From positions 248,682,001-248,746,000 of the forward strand of contig OZ024741.1 of NCBI GenBank assembly GCA_964016885.1: a DNA stretch of 64,000 nt, written 5' to 3'. The notes beneath the pieces were generated by a model. The model saw nothing but the letters and a program-made list of their open reading frames with translations, was not told the DNA's origin and searched no databases. This stretch comes from Eledone cirrhosa (Eukaryota). Both the position numbers and the translations under genes were made by a program. Below, one piece after another: positions 51,001-63,900 of the stretch (position 1 is the first letter of the stretch; the number at the start of each line of letters is the position of its first letter).

Positions 51001-53400
51001 AAAATCAGGGGGAGATAATTTGTAAAAAAAATCAGGGGTAGATAATTTGTAAAAAAAATCAGGGGGAGATAATTTGTAAAAAAAATCAGGGGGAGATAAT
51101 TTGTAAAAAAAATCAGGGGTAGATAATTTTCAGCCGTCCAAGGGGAGATAATTTCCATCCTTCCAAGGGGAGATAATTTCCAGCCGTCCAAGGGGAGATA
51201 ATTTCCCGCCAGCCAAGGAGAGATAACATTTAAAAAAATCAGGCGGAGATAATTTGTAAAAAAAATCAGGGGGAGATAATTTGTAAAAAAATCAGGGGGA
51301 GATAATTTGTAAAAAAAAATCAGGGGGAGATAATTTGTAAAAAAAATCAGGGGGAGATAATTTGTAAAAAAAAATCAGGGGTAGATAATTTGTAAAAAAA
51401 AATCAGGGGGAGATAATTTGTAAAAAAAAATCAGGGGGAGATAATTTGTAAAAAAATCAAGGGGAGATAATTTCCAGCCGTCCAAGGAGAGATAATTTTC
51501 AGCCGTCCAAGGAGAGGTAATTTCTAGCCGTCCAAGGGGAGATAAGTTCCAGCCGTCCAAGGGGAGATAATTTTTTTAAAAAAATCAGGCGGAGATAATT
51601 TGTAAACAAAAATCAGGGGGAGATAATTTGTAAAAAAAAATCAGGGGGAGATAATTTGTAAAAAAAAATCAGGGGGAGATAATTTGTAAAAAAAATCAAG
51701 GGGAGATAATTTCCAGCCGTCCAAGGGGAGGTAATATCTAGCCATCCAAGGGGAGATAATTTCCAGCCGTCCAAGGGGAGATAATTTCCAGCCGTCCAAG
51801 GGGAGATAATATCCAGCCGTCCAAGGAGACATTTTCCAGCCGTCCAAGGAGACGTAATTTCTAGCCGTCCAAGGGGAGATAAGTTCCAGCCTCCAAGGGG
51901 AGATAATTTCCAGCCAGCCAAGGGGAGATAATTTGTAAAAAAATTAGGGGGAGATAATTTGTAAAAAAAAATTAGGGGGAGATAATTTGTAAAAAAAAAT
52001 CAGGGGGAGATAATTTGTAAAAAAAAATCAGGGGGAGATAATTTGTAAAAAAAATCAAGGGGAGATAATTTCCAGCCAGCCAAGGGGAGATAATTTGTAA
52101 AAAAATTAGGGGGAGATAATTTGTAAAAAAAAATTAGGGGGAGATAATTTGTAAAAAAAAATCAGGGGTAGATAATTTCCAGCCGTCCAAGGGGAGATAA
52201 TTTCCATCCTTCCATGTGGAGATAATTTCCAGCCGTCCAAGGGGAGATAATTTCCCGCCAGCCAAGGAGAGATAATATTTAAAATAATCAGGCGGAGATA
52301 ATTTGTAAAAAAAATCAGAGGGAGATAATTTGTAAAAAAATCAGGGGGAGATAATTTGTAAAAAAAAAATCAGGGGGAGATAATTTGTAAAAAAAATCAG
52401 GGGGAGATAATTTGTAAAAAAAAATCAGGGGTAGATAATTTGTAAAAAAAAATCAGGGGGTGATAATTTGTAAAAAAAAATCAGGGGGAGATAATTTGTA
52501 AAAAAATCAAGGGGAGATAATTTCCAGCCGTCCAAGGGGAGATAATTTTCAGCCGTCCAAGGAGAGGTAATTTCTAGCCGTCCAAGGGGAGATAATTTCC
52601 AGCCGTCAAAGGGGAGATAATTTTTTTAAAAAAATCAGGCGGAGATAATTTGTAAACAAAAATCAGGGGGAGATAATTTGTAAAAAAAAATCAGGGGGAG
52701 ATAATTTGTAAAAAAAAATCAGGGGGAGATAATTTGTAAAAAAAATCAAGGGGAGATAATTTCCAGCCGTCCAAGGGGAGGTAATATCTAGCCATCCAAG
52801 GGGAGATAATTTCCAGCCGTCCAAGGGGAGATAATTTCCAGCCGTCCAAGGGGAGATAATATCCAGCCGTCCAAGGAGACATATTTTCCAGCCGTCCAAG
52901 GAGACGTAATTTCTAGCCGTCCAAGGGGAGATAAGTTCCAGCCTCCAAGGGGAGATAATTTCCAGCCAGCCAAGGGGAGATAATTTGTAAAAAAATTAGG
53001 GGGAGATAATTTGTAAAAAAAAATTAGGGGGAGATAATTTGTAAAAAAAAATCAGGGGGAGATAATTTGTAAAAAAAAATCAGGGGGAGATAATTTGTAA
53101 AAAAAATCAAGGGGAGATAATTTCCAGCCAGCCAAGGGGAGATAATTTGCAAAAAAATTAGGGGGAGATAATTTGTAAAAAAAAATTAGGGGGAGATAAT
53201 TTGTAAAAAAAAATCAGGGGGAGATAATTTGTAAAAAAAAATCAGGGGGAGATAATTTGTAAAAAAAAATCAGGGGGAGATAATTTGTAAAAAAAAAATC
53301 AGGCGGAGATAATTTGTAAAAAAATCAAGGGGAGATAATTTCCAGCCGTCCAAGGGGAGATAATTTTCAGCCGTCCAAGGAGAGGTAATTTCTAGCCGTC
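48100..53400 (+). repeat. Dispersed copy of the ~15.9-21.4 kb block (offset 32,185, then ~31,979)
   Basis: Private GGGGACATAATTT SNP at 17832/50017. ORF pairs 16496/48681, 17506/49691, 18376/50561 and 18764/50949. A 206-bp loss lies near 51.25 kb. Confidence 0.8.
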
Positions 53401-56400
53401 CAAGGGGAGATAATTTCCAGCCGTCCAAGGGGAGATAATTTTTTTTAAAAAATCAGGCGGAGATAATTTATAAACAAAAATCAGGGGGAGATAATTTGTA
53501 AAAAAAAATCAGGGGGAGATAATTTGTAAAAAAAATCAGGGGGAGATAATTTGTAAAAAAAATCAAGGGGAGATAATTTGTAAAAAAAAATCAGGGGTAG
53601 ATAATTTGTAAAAAAAAATCAGGGGGAGATAATTTGTAAAAAAAAAATCAGGGGGAGATAATTTGTAAAAAAATCAAGGGGAGATAATTTCCAGCCGTCT
53701 AAGGGGAGATAATTTTCAGCCGTCCAAGGAGAGGTAATTTCTAGCCGTCCAAGGGGAGATAATTTCCAGCCAGCCAAGGGGAGATAATTTGTAAAAAAAT
53801 CAGGGGTAGATAATTTGTAAAAAAAAATCAGGGGGAGATAATTTGTAAAAAAAATCAGGGGGAGATAATTTGTAAAAAAAATCAGGGGTAGATAATTTCC
53901 AGCCGTCCAAGGGGAGATAATTTCCATCCTTCCAAGGGGAGATAATTTCCAGCCGTCCAAGGGGAGATAATTTCCCGCCAGCCAAGGAGAGATAATATTT
54001 AAAAAAATCAGGCGGAGATAATTTGTAAAAAAAATCAGGGGGAGATAATTTGTAAAAAAATCAGGAGGAGATAATTTGTAAAAAAAAATCAGGGGAGATA
54101 ATTTGTAAAAAAAATCAGGGGGAGATAATTTGTAAAAAAAAATCAGGGGTAGATAATTTGTAAAAAAAATCAGGGGGAGATAATTTGTAAAAAAAAAATC
54201 AGGGGGAGATAATTTGTAAAAAAATCAAGGGGAGATAATTTCCAGCCGTCCAAGGGGAGATAATTTTCAGCCGTCCAAGGAGGTAATTTCTAGCCGCCCA
54301 AGGGGAGATAATTTCCAGCCGTCCAAGGGGAGATAATTTTTTTAAAAAAATCAGGCGGAGATAATTTGTAAACAAAAATCAGGGGGAGATAATTTGTAAA
54401 AAAAAATCAGGGGGAGATAATTTGTAAAAAAAAATCAGGGGGAGATAATTTGTAAAAAAAATCAAGGGGAGATAATTTCCGGCCGTCCAAGGTGAGGTAA
54501 TATCTAGCCATCCAAGGGGAGATAATTTCCAGCCGTCCAAGGGGAGATAATTTCCAGCCGTCCAAGGGGAGATAATATCCAGCCGTCCAAGGAGACATAT
54601 TTTCCAGCCGTCCAAGGAGAGGTAATTTCTAGCCGTCCAAGGGGAGATAAGTTCCAGCCTCCAAGGGGAGATAATTTCCAGCCAGCCAAGGGGAGATAAT
54701 TTGTAAAAAAAATCAGGGGGAGATAATTTGTAAAAAAAAAATCAGGGGGAGATAATTTGTAAAAAAATCAGGGGGAGATAATTTGTAAAAAAAAAATCAG
54801 GGGGAGATAATTTGTAAAAAAAATCAGGGGGAGATAATTTGTAGAAAAAATCAGGGGTAGATAATTTGTAAAAAAAATCAGGGGGAGATAATTTGTAAAA
54901 AAAATCAGGGGGAGATAATTTGTAAAAAAAATCAGGGGTAGATAATTTGTAAAAAAAAATTAGGGGGAGATAATTTGTAAAAAAAAATCAGGGGGAGATA
55001 ATTTGTAAAAAAAAATCAGGGGGAGATAATTTGTAAAAAAAAATCAGGGGGAGATAATTTGTAAATAAAATCAAGGGGAGATAATTTCCAGCCGTCCAAG
55101 GGGAGATAATTTTCAGCCGTCCAAGGAGAGGTAAATTCTAGCCGTCCAAGGAGATATAATTTCCAGCCGTCCAAGGGGAGATAATTTCCAGCCGTCCAAG
55201 GGGAGATAATTTTTTAAAAAAAATCAGGCGGAGATAATTTGTAAACAAAAATCAGGGGGAGATAATTTTTTAAAAAAAATCAGGGGGAGATAATTTGTAA
55301 AAAAAAATCAGGGGGAGATAATTTGTAAAAAAAATCAAGGGGAGATAATTTCCAGCCGTCCAAGGGGAGGTAATATCTAGCCATCCAAGGGGAGATAATT
55401 TCCAGCCGTCCAAGGGGAGATAATTTCCAGCCGTCCAAGGGGAGATAATATCCAGCCGTCCAAGGAGACATATTTTCCAGCCGTCCAAGGAGAGGTAATT
55501 TCTAGCCGTCCAAGGGGAGATAAGTTCCAGCCTCCAAGGGGAGATAATTTCCAGCCAGCCAAGGGGAGATAATTTGTAAAAAAATCAGGGGGGAGATAAT
55601 TTGTAAAAAAAATCAGGGGGAGATAATTTGAAAAAAAAATCAGGGGGAGATAATTTGTAAAAAATATCAAGGGGAGATAATTTCCAGCCCTCCAAGGGGC
55701 TATAATTTCCAGCCGTGCAAGGGGAGATAATTTCCAGCCGTCCAAGGGGAGATAATTTCCATCCTTCCAAGGGGAGATAATTTCCAGCCGTCCAAGGGGA
55801 GATAATTTCCCGCCAGCCAAGGGAAGATAATTTTTTAAAAAATCAGGCGGAGATTGTAAAAAAAATCAGGGGGAGATAATTTGTAAAAAAATCAGGGGGA
55901 GATAATTTGTAAAAAAAAATCAGGGGGAGATAATTGGTAAAAAAAAATCAGGGGGAGATAATTTGTAAAAAAAATCAGGGGGAGATAATTTGTAAAAAAA
56001 ATCAGGGGTAGATAATTTGTAAAAAAAATCAGGGGGAGATAATTTGTAAAAAAAATCAGGGGGAGATAATTTGTAAAAAAAATCAGGGGTAGATAATTTT
56101 CAGCCGTCCAAGGGGAGATAATTTCCATCCTTCCAAGGGGAGATAATTTCCAGCCGTCCAAGGGGAGATAATTTCCCGCCAGCCAAGGAGAGATAACATT
56201 TAAAAAAATCAGGCGGAGATAATTTGTAAAAAAATCAGGGGGAGATAATTTGTAAAAAAAATCAGGGGTAGATAATTTTCAGCCGTCCAAGGGGAGATAA
56301 TTTCCATCCTTCCAAGGGGAGATAATTTCCAGCCGTCCAAGGGGAGATAATTTCCCGCCAGCCAAGGAGAGATAACATTTAAAAAAATCAGGGGGAGATA

Positions 56401-56849
56401 ATTTGTAAAAAAAAACCAGGGGGAGATAATTCGTAAAAAAAAATCAGGGGGAGATAATTTGTAAAAAAAAATCAGGGGTAGATAATTTGTAAAAAAAAAT
56501 CAGGGGGAGATAATTTGTAAAAAAAAAATCAGGGGGAGATAATTTGTAAAAAAATCAAGGGGAGATAATTTCCAGCCGTCCAAGGGGAGATAATTTTCAG
56601 CCGTCCAAGGAGAGGTAATTTCTAGCCGTCCAAGGGGAGATAATTTCCAGCCGTCCAAGGGGAGATAATTTTTTTAAAAAAATCAGGCGGAGATAATTTG
56701 TAAACAAAAATCAGGGGGAGATAATTTGTAAAAAAAAATCAGGGGGAGATAATTTGTAAAAAAAAATCAGGGGGAGATAATTTGTAAAAAAAATCAAGGG
56801 GAGATAATTTGTAAAAAAAAATCAGGGGTAGATAATTTGTAAAAAAAAA

Positions 56850-59800
56850 TCAGGGGGAAATAATTTGTAAAAAAAAAATCAGGGGGAGATAATTTGTAAA
56901 AAAATCAAGGGGAGATAATTTCCAGCCGTCCAAGGGGAGATAATTTTCAGCCGTCCAAGGAGAGGTAATTTCTAGCCGTCCAAGGGGAGATAATTTCCAG
57001 CCAGCCAAGGGGAGATAATTTGTAAAAAAATCAGATGTAGATAATTTGTAAAAAAAAATCAGGGGAAAATAATTTGTAAAAAAAATCAGGGGGAGATAAT
57101 TTGTAAAAAAAATCAGGGGTAGATAATTTCCAGCCGTCCAAGGGGAGATAATTTCCATCCTTCCAAGGGGAGATAATTTCCAGCCGTCCAAGGGGAGATA
57201 ATTTCCCGCCAGCCAAGGAGAGATAATATTTAAAAAAATCAGGCGGAGATAATTTGTAAAAAAAATCAGGGGGAGATAATTTGTAAAAAAATCAGGGGGA
57301 GATAATTTGTAAAAAAAAATCAGGGGAGATAATTTGTAAAAAAAATCAGGGGGAGATAATTTGTAAAAAAAAATCAGGGGTAGATAATTTGTAAAAAAAA
57401 ATCAGGGGGAGATAATTTGTAAAAAAAAAATCAGGGGGAGATAATTTGTAAAAAAATCAAGGGGAGATAATTTCCAGCCGTCCAAGGGGAGATAATTTTC
57501 AGCCGTCCAAGGAGGTAATTTCTAGCCGTCCAAGGGGAGATAATTTCCAGCCGTCCAAGGGGAGATAATTTTTTTTAAAAAATCAGGCGGAGATAATTTG
57601 TAAACAAAAATCAGGGGGAGATAATTTGTAAAAAAAAATCAGGGGGAGATAATTTGTAAAAAAAAATCAGGGGGAGATAATTTGTAAAAAAAATCAAGGG
57701 GAGATAATTTCCAGCCGTCCAAGGGGAGGTAATATCTAGCCATCCAAGGGGAGATAATTTCCAGCCGTCCAAGGGGAGATAATTTCCAGCCGTCCAAGGG
57801 GAGATAATATCCAGCCGTCCAAGGAGACATATTTTCCAGCCGTCCAAGGAGAGGTAATTTCTAGCCGTCCAAGGGGAGATAAGTTCCAGCCTCCAAGGGG
57901 AGAAAATTTCCAGCCAGCCAAGGGGAGATAATTTGTAAAAAAATCAGGGGGAGATAATTTGTAAAAAAAAAATCAGGGGGAGATAATTTGTAAAAAAATC
58001 AGGGGGAGATAATTTGTAAAAAAAAAATCAGGGGGAGATAATTTGTAAAAAAAATCAGGGGGAGATAATTTGTAGAAAAAATCAGGGGTAGATAATTTGT
58101 AAAAAAAATCAGGGGGAGATAATTTGTAAAAAAAATCAGGGGGAGATAATTTGTAAAAAAAATCAGGGGTAGATAATTTTCAGCCGTCCAAGGGGAGATA
58201 ATTTCCATCCTTCCAAGGGGAGATAATTTCCAGCCGTCCAAGGGGAGATAATTTCCCGCCAGCCAAGGAGAGATAACATTTAAAAAAATCAGGCGGAGAT
58301 AATTTGTAAAAAAAATCAGGGGGAGATAATTTGTAAAAAAATCAGGGGGAGATAATTTGTAAAAAAAATCAGGGGTAGATAATTTCCAGCCGTCCAAGGG
58401 GAGATAATTTCCATCCTTCCAAGGGGAGATAATTTCCAGCCGTCCAAGGGGAGATAATTTCCCGCCAGCCAAGGAGAGATAATATTTAAAAAAATCAGGC
58501 GGAGATAATTTGTAAAAAAAATCAGGCGGAGATAATTTGTAAAAAAAAATCAGGGGGAGATAATTTGTAAAAAAAAATCAGGGGGAGATAATTTGTAAAA
58601 AAAATCAAGGGGAGATAATTTCCAGCCGTCCAAGGGGAGATAATTTTCAGCCGTCCAAGGAGAGGTAAATTCTAGCCGTCCAAGGAGATATAATTTCCAG
58701 CCGTCCAAGGGGAGATAATTTCCAGCCGTCCAAGGGGAGATAATTTTTTAAAAAAAATCAGGCGGAGATAATTTGTAAACAAAAATCAGGGGGAGATAAT
58801 TTTTAAAAAAAAATCAGGGGGAGATAATTTGTAAAAAAAAATCAGGGGGAGATAATTTGTAAAAATAATCAAGGGGAGATAATTTTCAGCCGTCCAAGGT
58901 GAGGTAATATCTAGCCATCCAAGGGGAGATAATTTCCAGCCGTCCAAGGGGAGATAATTTCCAGCCGTCCAAGGGGAGATAATATCCAGCCGTCCAAGGA
59001 GACATATTTTCCAGCCGTCCAAGGAGAGGTAATTTCTAGCCGTCCAAGGGGAGATAAGTTCCAGCCTCCAAGGGGAGATAATTTCCAGCCAGCCAAGGGG
59101 AGATAATTTGTAAAAAAATCAGGGGGGAGATAATTTGTAAAAAAAATCAGGGGGAGATAATTTGAAAAAAAAATCAGGGGGAGATAATTTGTAAAAAATA
59201 TCAAGGGGAGATAATTTCCAGCCCTCCAAGGGGCTATAATTTCCAGCCGTGCAAGGGGAGATAATTTCCAGCCGTCCAAGGGGAGATAATTTCCATCCTT
59301 CCAAGGGGAGATAATTTCCAGCCGTCCAAGGGGAGATAATTTCCCGCCAGCCAAGGGAAGATAATTTTTTAAAAAATCAGGCGGAGATTGTAAAAAAAAT
59401 CAGGGGGAGATAATTTGTAAAAAAATCAGGGGGAGATAATTTGTAAAAAAAAAATCAGGGGGAGATAATTTGTAAAAAAAAATCAGGGGGAGATAATTTG
59501 TAAAAAAAATCAGGGGGAGATAATTTGTAAAAAAAATCAGGGGTAGATAATTTGTAAAAAAAATCAGGGGGAGATAATTTGTAAAAAAAATCAGGGGGAG
59601 ATAATTTGTAAAAAAAATCAGGGGTAGATAATTTTCAGCCGTCCAAGGGGAGATAATTTCCATCCTTCGAAGGGGAGATAATTTCCAGCCGTCCAAGGGG
59701 AGATAATTTCCCGCCAGCCAAGGAGAGATAACATTTAAAAAAATCAGGCGGAGATAATTTGTAAAAAAATCAGGGGGAGATAATTTGTAAAAAAAAATCA

Positions 59801-62800
59801 GGGGTAGATAATTTTCAGCCGTCCAAGGGGAGATAATTTCCATCCTTCCAAGGGGAGATAATTTCCAGCCGTCCAAGGGGAGATAATTTCCCGCCAGCCA
59901 AGGAGAGATAACATTTAAAAAAATCAGGGGGAGATAATTTGTGAAAAAAAATCAGGGGGAGATAATTCGTAAAAAAAATCAGGGGGAGATAATTTGTAAA
60001 AAAAAATCAGGGGTAGATAATTTGTAAAAAAAAATCAGGGGGAGATAATTTGTAAAAAAAAAATCAGGGGGAGATAATTTGTAAAAAAATCAAGGGGAGA
60101 TAATTTCCAGCCGTCCAAGGGGAGATAATTTTCAGCCGTCCAAGGAGAGGTAATTTCTAGCCGTCCAAGGGGAGATAATTTCCAGCCGTCCAAGGGGAGA
60201 TAATTTTTTTAAAAAAATCAGGCGGAGATAATTTGTAAACAAAAATCAGGGGGAGATAATTTGTAAAAAAAAATCAGGGGGAGATAATTTGTAAAAAAAA
60301 ATCAGGGGGAGATAATTTGTAAAAAAAATCAAGGGGAGATAATTTGTAAAAAAAAATCAGGGGTAGATAATTTGTAAAAAAAAATCAGGGGGAGATAATT
60401 TGTAAAAAAAAAATCAGGGGGAGATAATTTGTAAAAAAATCAAGGGGAGATAATTTCCAGCCGTCCAAGGGGAGATAATTTTCAGCCGTCCAAGGACAGG
60501 TAATTTCTAGCCGTCCAAGGGGAGATAATTTCCAGCCAGCCAAGGGGAGATAATTTGTAAAAAAATCAGGGGTAGATAATTTGTAAAAAAAAATCAGGGG
60601 GAGATAATTTGTAAAAAAAATCAGGGGGAGATAATTTGTAAAAAAAATCAGGGGTAGATAATTTCCAGCCGTCCAAGGGGAGATAATTTCCATCCTTCCA
60701 AGGGGAGACAATATCCAGCCGTCCAAGGGGAGATAATTTCCCGCCAGCCAAGGAGAGATAACATTTAAAAAAATCAGGCGGAGATAATTTGTAAAAAAAA
60801 TCAGGGGGAGATAATTTGTAAAAAAATCAGGGGGAGATAATTTGTAAAAAAAATCAGGGGTAGATAATTTCCAGCCGTCCAAGGGGAGATAATTTCCATC
60901 CTTCCAAGGGGAGATAATTTCCAGCCGTCCAAGGGGAGATAATTTCCCGCCGTCCAAGGGGAGATAATTTTTTTTAAAAAATCAGGCGGAGATAATTTGT
61001 AAACAAAAATCAGGGGGAGATAATTTGTAAAAAAAAATCAGGGGGAGATAATTTGTAAAAAAAAATCAGGGGGAGATAATTTGTAAAAAAAATCAAGGGG
61101 AGATAATTTCCAGCCGTCCAAGGGGAGGTAATATTTAGCCATCCAAGGGGAGATAATTTCCAGCCGTCCAAGGGGAGATAATTTCCAGCCGTCCAAGGGG
61201 AGATAATATCCAGCCGTCCAAGGAGACATATTTTCCAGCCGTCCAAGGAGAGGTAATTTCTAGCCGTCCAAGGGGAGATAAGTTCCAGCCTCCAAGGGGA
61301 GATAATTTCCAGCCAGCCAAGGGGAGATAATTTGTAAAAAAATCAGGGGGGAGATAATTTGTAAAAAAAATCAGGGGGAGATAATTTGAAAAAAAAATCA
61401 GGGGGAGATAATTTGTAAAAAATATCAAGGGGAGATAATTTCCAGCCCTCCAAGGGGCTATAATTTCCAGCCGTGCAAGGGGAGATAATTTCCAGCCGTC
61501 CAAGGGGAGATAATTTCCATCCTTCCAAGGGGAGATAATTTCCAGCCGTCCAAGGGGAGATAATTTCCCGCCAGCCAAGGGAAGATAATTTTTTAAAAAA
61601 TCAGGCGGAGATTGTAAAAAAAATCAGGGGGAGATAATTTGTAAAAAAATCAGGGGGAGATAATTTGTAAAAAAAAATCAGGGGGAGATAATTTGTAAAA
61701 AAAAATCAGGGGGAGATAATTTGTAAAAAAAATCAGGGGGAGATAATTTGTAAAAAAAATCAGGGGTAGATAATTTGTAAAAAAAATCAGGGGGAGATAA
61801 TTTGTAAAAAAAATCAGGGGGAGATAATTTGTAAAAAAAATCAGGGGTAGATGATTTTCAGCCGTCCAAGGGGAGATAATTTCCATCCTTCCAAGGGGAG
61901 ATAATTTCCAGCCGTCCAAGGGGAGATAATTTCCCGCCAGCCAAGGAGAGATAACATTTAAAAAAATCAGGCGGAGATAATTTGTAAAAAAATCAGGGGG
62001 AGATAATTTGTAAAAAAAATCAGGGGTAGATAATTTTCAGCCGTCCAAGGGGAGATAATTTCCATCCTTCCAAGGGGAGATAATTTCCAGCCGTCCAAGG
62101 GGAGATAATTTCCCGCCAGCCAAGGAGAGATAACATTTAAAAAAATCAGGGGGAGATAATTTGTAAAAAAAAATCAGGGGGAGATAATTCGTAAAAAAAA
62201 TCAGGGGGAGATAATTTGTAAAAAAAATCAGGGGTAGATAATTTGTAAAAAAAAATCAGGGGGAGATAATTTGTAAAAAAAAAATCAGGGGGAGATAATT
62301 TGTAAAAAAATCAAGGGGAGATAATTTCCAGCCGTCCAAGGGGAGATAATTTTCAGCCGTCCAAGGAGAGTTAATTTCTAGCCGTCCAAGGGGAGATAAT
62401 TTCCAGCCGTCCAAGGGGAGATAATTTTTTTAAAAAAATCAGGCGGAGATAATTTGTAAACAAAAATCAGGGGGAGATAATTTGTAAAAAAAAATCAGGG
62501 GGAGATAATTTGTAAAAAAAAATCAGGGGGAGATAATTTGTAAAAAAAATCAAGGGGAGATAATTTGTAAAAAAAACTCAGTGGTAGATAATTTGTAAAA
62601 AAAAATCAGGGGGAGATAATTTGTAAAAAAAAAATCAGGGGGAGATAATTTGTAAAAAAATCAAGGGGAGATAATTTCCAGCCGTCCAAGGGGAGATAAT
62701 TTTCAGCCGTCCAAGGAGAGGTAATTTCTAGCCGTCCAAGGGGAGATAATTTCCAGCCAGCCAAGGGGAGATAATTTGTAAAAAATCAGATGTAGATAAT

Positions 62801-63900
62801 TTGTAAAAAAAAATCAGGGGGAGATAATTTGTAAAAAAAATCAGGGGGAGATAATTTGTAAAAAAAATCAGGGGTAGATAATTTCCAGCCGTCCAAGGGG
62901 AGATAATTTCCATCCTTCCAAGGGGAGATAATTTCCAGCCGTCCAAGGGGAGATAATTTCCCGCCAGCCAAGGAGAGATAATATTTAAAAAAATCAGGCG
63001 GAGATAATTTGTAAAAAAAATCAGGGGGAGATAATTTGTAAAAAAATCAGGGGGAGATAATTTGTAAAAAAAAATCCGGGGAGATAATTTGTAAAAAAAA
63101 TCAGGGGGAGATAATTTGTAAAAAAAAATCAGGGGTAGATAATTTGTAAAAAAAAATCAGGGGGAGATAATTTGTAAAAAAAAAATCAGGGGGAGATAAT
63201 TTGTAAAAAAATCAAGGGGAGATAATTTCCAGCCGTCCAAGGGGAGATAATTTTCAGCCGTCCAAGGAGGTAATTTCTAGCCGTCCAAGGGGAGATAATT
63301 TCCAGCCGTCCAAGGGGAGATAATTTTTTTTAAAAAATCAGGCGGAGATAATTTGTAAACAAAAATCAGGGGGAGATAATTTGTAAAAAAAAATCAGGGG
63401 GAGATAATTTGTAAAAAAAAATCAGGGGGAGATAATTTGTAAAAAAAATCAAGGGGAGATAATTTCCAGCCGTCCAAGGGGAGGTAATATCTAGCCATCC
63501 AAGGGGAGATAATCTCCAGCCGTCCAAGGGGAGATAATTTCCAGCCGTCCAAGGGGAGATAATATCCAGCCGTCCAAGGAGACATATTTTCCAGCCGTCC
63601 AAGGAGAGGTAATTTCTAGCCGTCCAAGGGGAGATAAGTTCCAGCCTCCAAGGGGAGATAATTTCCAGCCAGCCAAGGGGAGATAATTTGTAAAAAAATC
63701 AGGGGGAGATAATTTGTAAAAAAAAAATCAGGGGGAGATAATTTGTAAAAAAATCAGGGGGAGATAATTTGTAAAAAAAAAATCAGGGGGAGATAATTTG
63801 TAAAAAAAATCAGGGGGAGATAATTTGTAGAAAAAATCAGGGGTAGATAATTTGTAAAAAAAATCAGGGGGAGATAATTTGTAAAAAAAATCAGGGGGAG
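56850..63900 (+). repeat. Dispersed copy of the ~21.3-28.6 kb block (offset 35,558, changing after indels)
   Basis: ORF pairs 22053/57611, 22441/57999, 23228/58786 and 23842/59400. Shared AAAATAATCAA, GGACAGG, TTTAGCCAT, GATGATTTT and ATAATCTCC variants occur in the same order. Confidence 0.82.

Noticed and set aside
364-63676. Many minus-strand ORFs of 61-190 aa (TNYLPLIFF, SPLGRLEII, PWTAGNYL repeats)
   Set aside because: They are translations of the 27-bp and 25-bp monomers. They overlap in all three frames, almost all begin at TTG from CCAA rather than ATG, are frameshifted freely by A-tract length, and show no recognisable domain. Plus-strand frames are closed by the TAA in each core.
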